Of a stretch of 16,596 nt of DNA, positions 15,619 through 16,596 are shown one piece after another. The stretch is taken from assembly GCA_002794465.1 (NCBI GenBank), contig MTSL01000201.1:1-16596 (forward strand). The letters are read 5' to 3'. This DNA is from Paramicrosporidium saccamoebae KSL3 (taxonomy: Eukaryota > Fungi > Cryptomycota). A program made the translations under genes and the position numbers. Under the pieces are notes generated by a model. It had not been told where the DNA came from. It did no database searches and saw only the letters and a list, made by a program, of their open reading frames with translations. The number at the start of each line of letters is the position of its first letter. Position 1 is the stretch's first letter.

Positions 15619-15655
15619 TAAGTTAATAAAGCATTAGAAACCCACCACGGTCGTC

Positions 15656-16420
15656 ATGTACTTTCTATCCCTGTTGTCCATATGCATCCTTGTCGCTCAT
15701 GCCGCGCAGGACCTATACCTTGGGGAAAAGCTCATCACCAAACTCACCGACCATAATTTCCAAAAGACTCTCACCACGCCAAAGCCGGTGCTCGTCAAGT
15801 TTTACAATCCAGGCTGTCCGCACTGCACCCGGATGGTTTCGGCGTGGCGACAGGTGGCGTCGCACTTTGAGGGCCATATGGTGGTGGGGGCAGTGAACTG
15901 TGCCACGCAGGGCGTGTGTGGAAAGTACGGCGTCAATGGAGTCCCCGATGTGAGACTTTTCATCAAGGGGCCCAAGGGCGAACCGGTGCCCATCAAGTAC
16001 GAGGGAAATCGCACCAAGGACAGTATCGTCGGGTTTGCCAAGCCGTATCTGTTGTCCTATGTGCACAAAGTTTCGGATAGCAAAAAGACGGGCGTCAAGT
16101 CACTGGACGCGTTCTTGAAGACGGAAGCTGGCCTACCACATGTTATCATATTTAAGCAGGGAAAGCTGGTGCCCTCGATGGGATACATGACGTTATCAGT
16201 GGATTTTAAAGAAAAGTACAGTTTTGGAATCGTCAATTTGGCAATCGATGCTGATATTCCCGGCAAACTGGGAGTTACACTGCCCAAGGACACTGATTCG
16301 TTAGTCTTTATTGCGCCGGGTGAGAAGAAGGGAGAGTTGTACCCGGGAAAGAATTCCTTTATCGAGATGAAGGCGTATTTGCAAAAGCAAATTACCAAAG
16401 AAGAAAAGTCAGAGCTTTAA
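15656..16420 (+). CDS. ER protein disulfide isomerase family protein (Mpd1/P5-like; one catalytic and one probable non-catalytic thioredoxin domain), 254 aa
   Basis: Signal peptide MYFLSLLSICILVAHA; VLVKFYNPGCPHC; VGAVNC; YGVNGVPDV; KYEGNRT; C-terminal KSEL. Confidence 0.85.
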   Translation: MYFLSLLSICILVAHAAQDLYLGEKLITKLTDHNFQKTLTTPKPVLVKFYNPGCPHCTRMVSAWRQVASHFEGHMVVGAVNCATQGVCGKYGVNGVPDVRLFIKGPKGEPVPIKYEGNRTKDSIVGFAKPYLLSYVHKVSDSKKTGVKSLDAFLKTEAGLPHVIIFKQGKLVPSMGYMTLSVDFKEKYSFGIVNLAIDADIPGKLGVTLPKDTDSLVFIAPGEKKGELYPGKNSFIEMKAYLQKQITKEEKSEL

Positions 16421-16596
16421 CTAATACAGAGTTTATAATGGGACCGTTGTCTCTTATCGCATAGTACAGTAAAGGACGTATTAAATAGTATCCGCCCATG
16501 ACTGGGAATCCAAACCCCACAATCTGATTCATTGAGTGTGGTAGACTACGTGTCATATACTTAATACAACTAACCCGCTTATCGACAAGGAGGGCT
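16417..16596 (-). CDS. Possible 3' end of an unidentified gene entering from the right edge, with putative intron 16546-16574
   Basis: 29-nt gttagt...cacgtag candidate intron. One spliced frame reads ALLVDKR|STTLNESDCGVWIPSHGRILFNTSFTVLCDKRQRSHYKLCIS* with stop at 16417-16419; another frame runs to 16392. No family recognised. Confidence 0.3.

Noticed and set aside
240-16398. Remaining ORF-track entries overlapping called genes in other frames or strands
   Set aside because: Shadow ORFs expected at about 50% GC; none shows a recognisable domain.

Overview
Gene-dense eukaryotic window with about 14 protein-coding genes plus a possible partial gene at the right edge. There are 11 well-supported and 3 putative GT-AG introns, all only 29-37 nt; without splicing them the ORF track truncates or mis-starts at least seven genes. 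Gene order: Sae2/Ctp1/CtIP (5' partial, +), Zn2Cys6 transcription factor (+), Hva1/DUF2945-like Tudor-fold protein (+), Get2/CAML-like (-), USP20/33-type deubiquitinase (+), candidate Gon7-like (-), mitochondrial 2-oxodicarboxylate carrier (+), Spo12-like (-), Dhr1/DHX37 helicase (-), Snu23/ZMAT2 (+), CAT-type amino acid transporter (+), ubiquitin-like-domain protein (-), RPB12 (+), PDI-family protein (+). Fungal-type genes combined with families generally absent from Dikarya, tiny introns and very short intergenic gaps suggest a compact early-diverging fungal or Rozellomycota-like genome (inference, not demonstrated). I found no tRNA, rRNA, CRISPR array or transposase, and no convincing new multi-gene system. 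Best leads: two ATGs 12 bp apart head-to-head, a DHX37 lacking its C-terminal domain abutting a Spo12-like gene that may splice onto a repeat-encoded hydrophobic tail, a probable unannotated Gon7, and several structured intergenic repeats. All family assignments come from motif recognition by eye; no database search was run.
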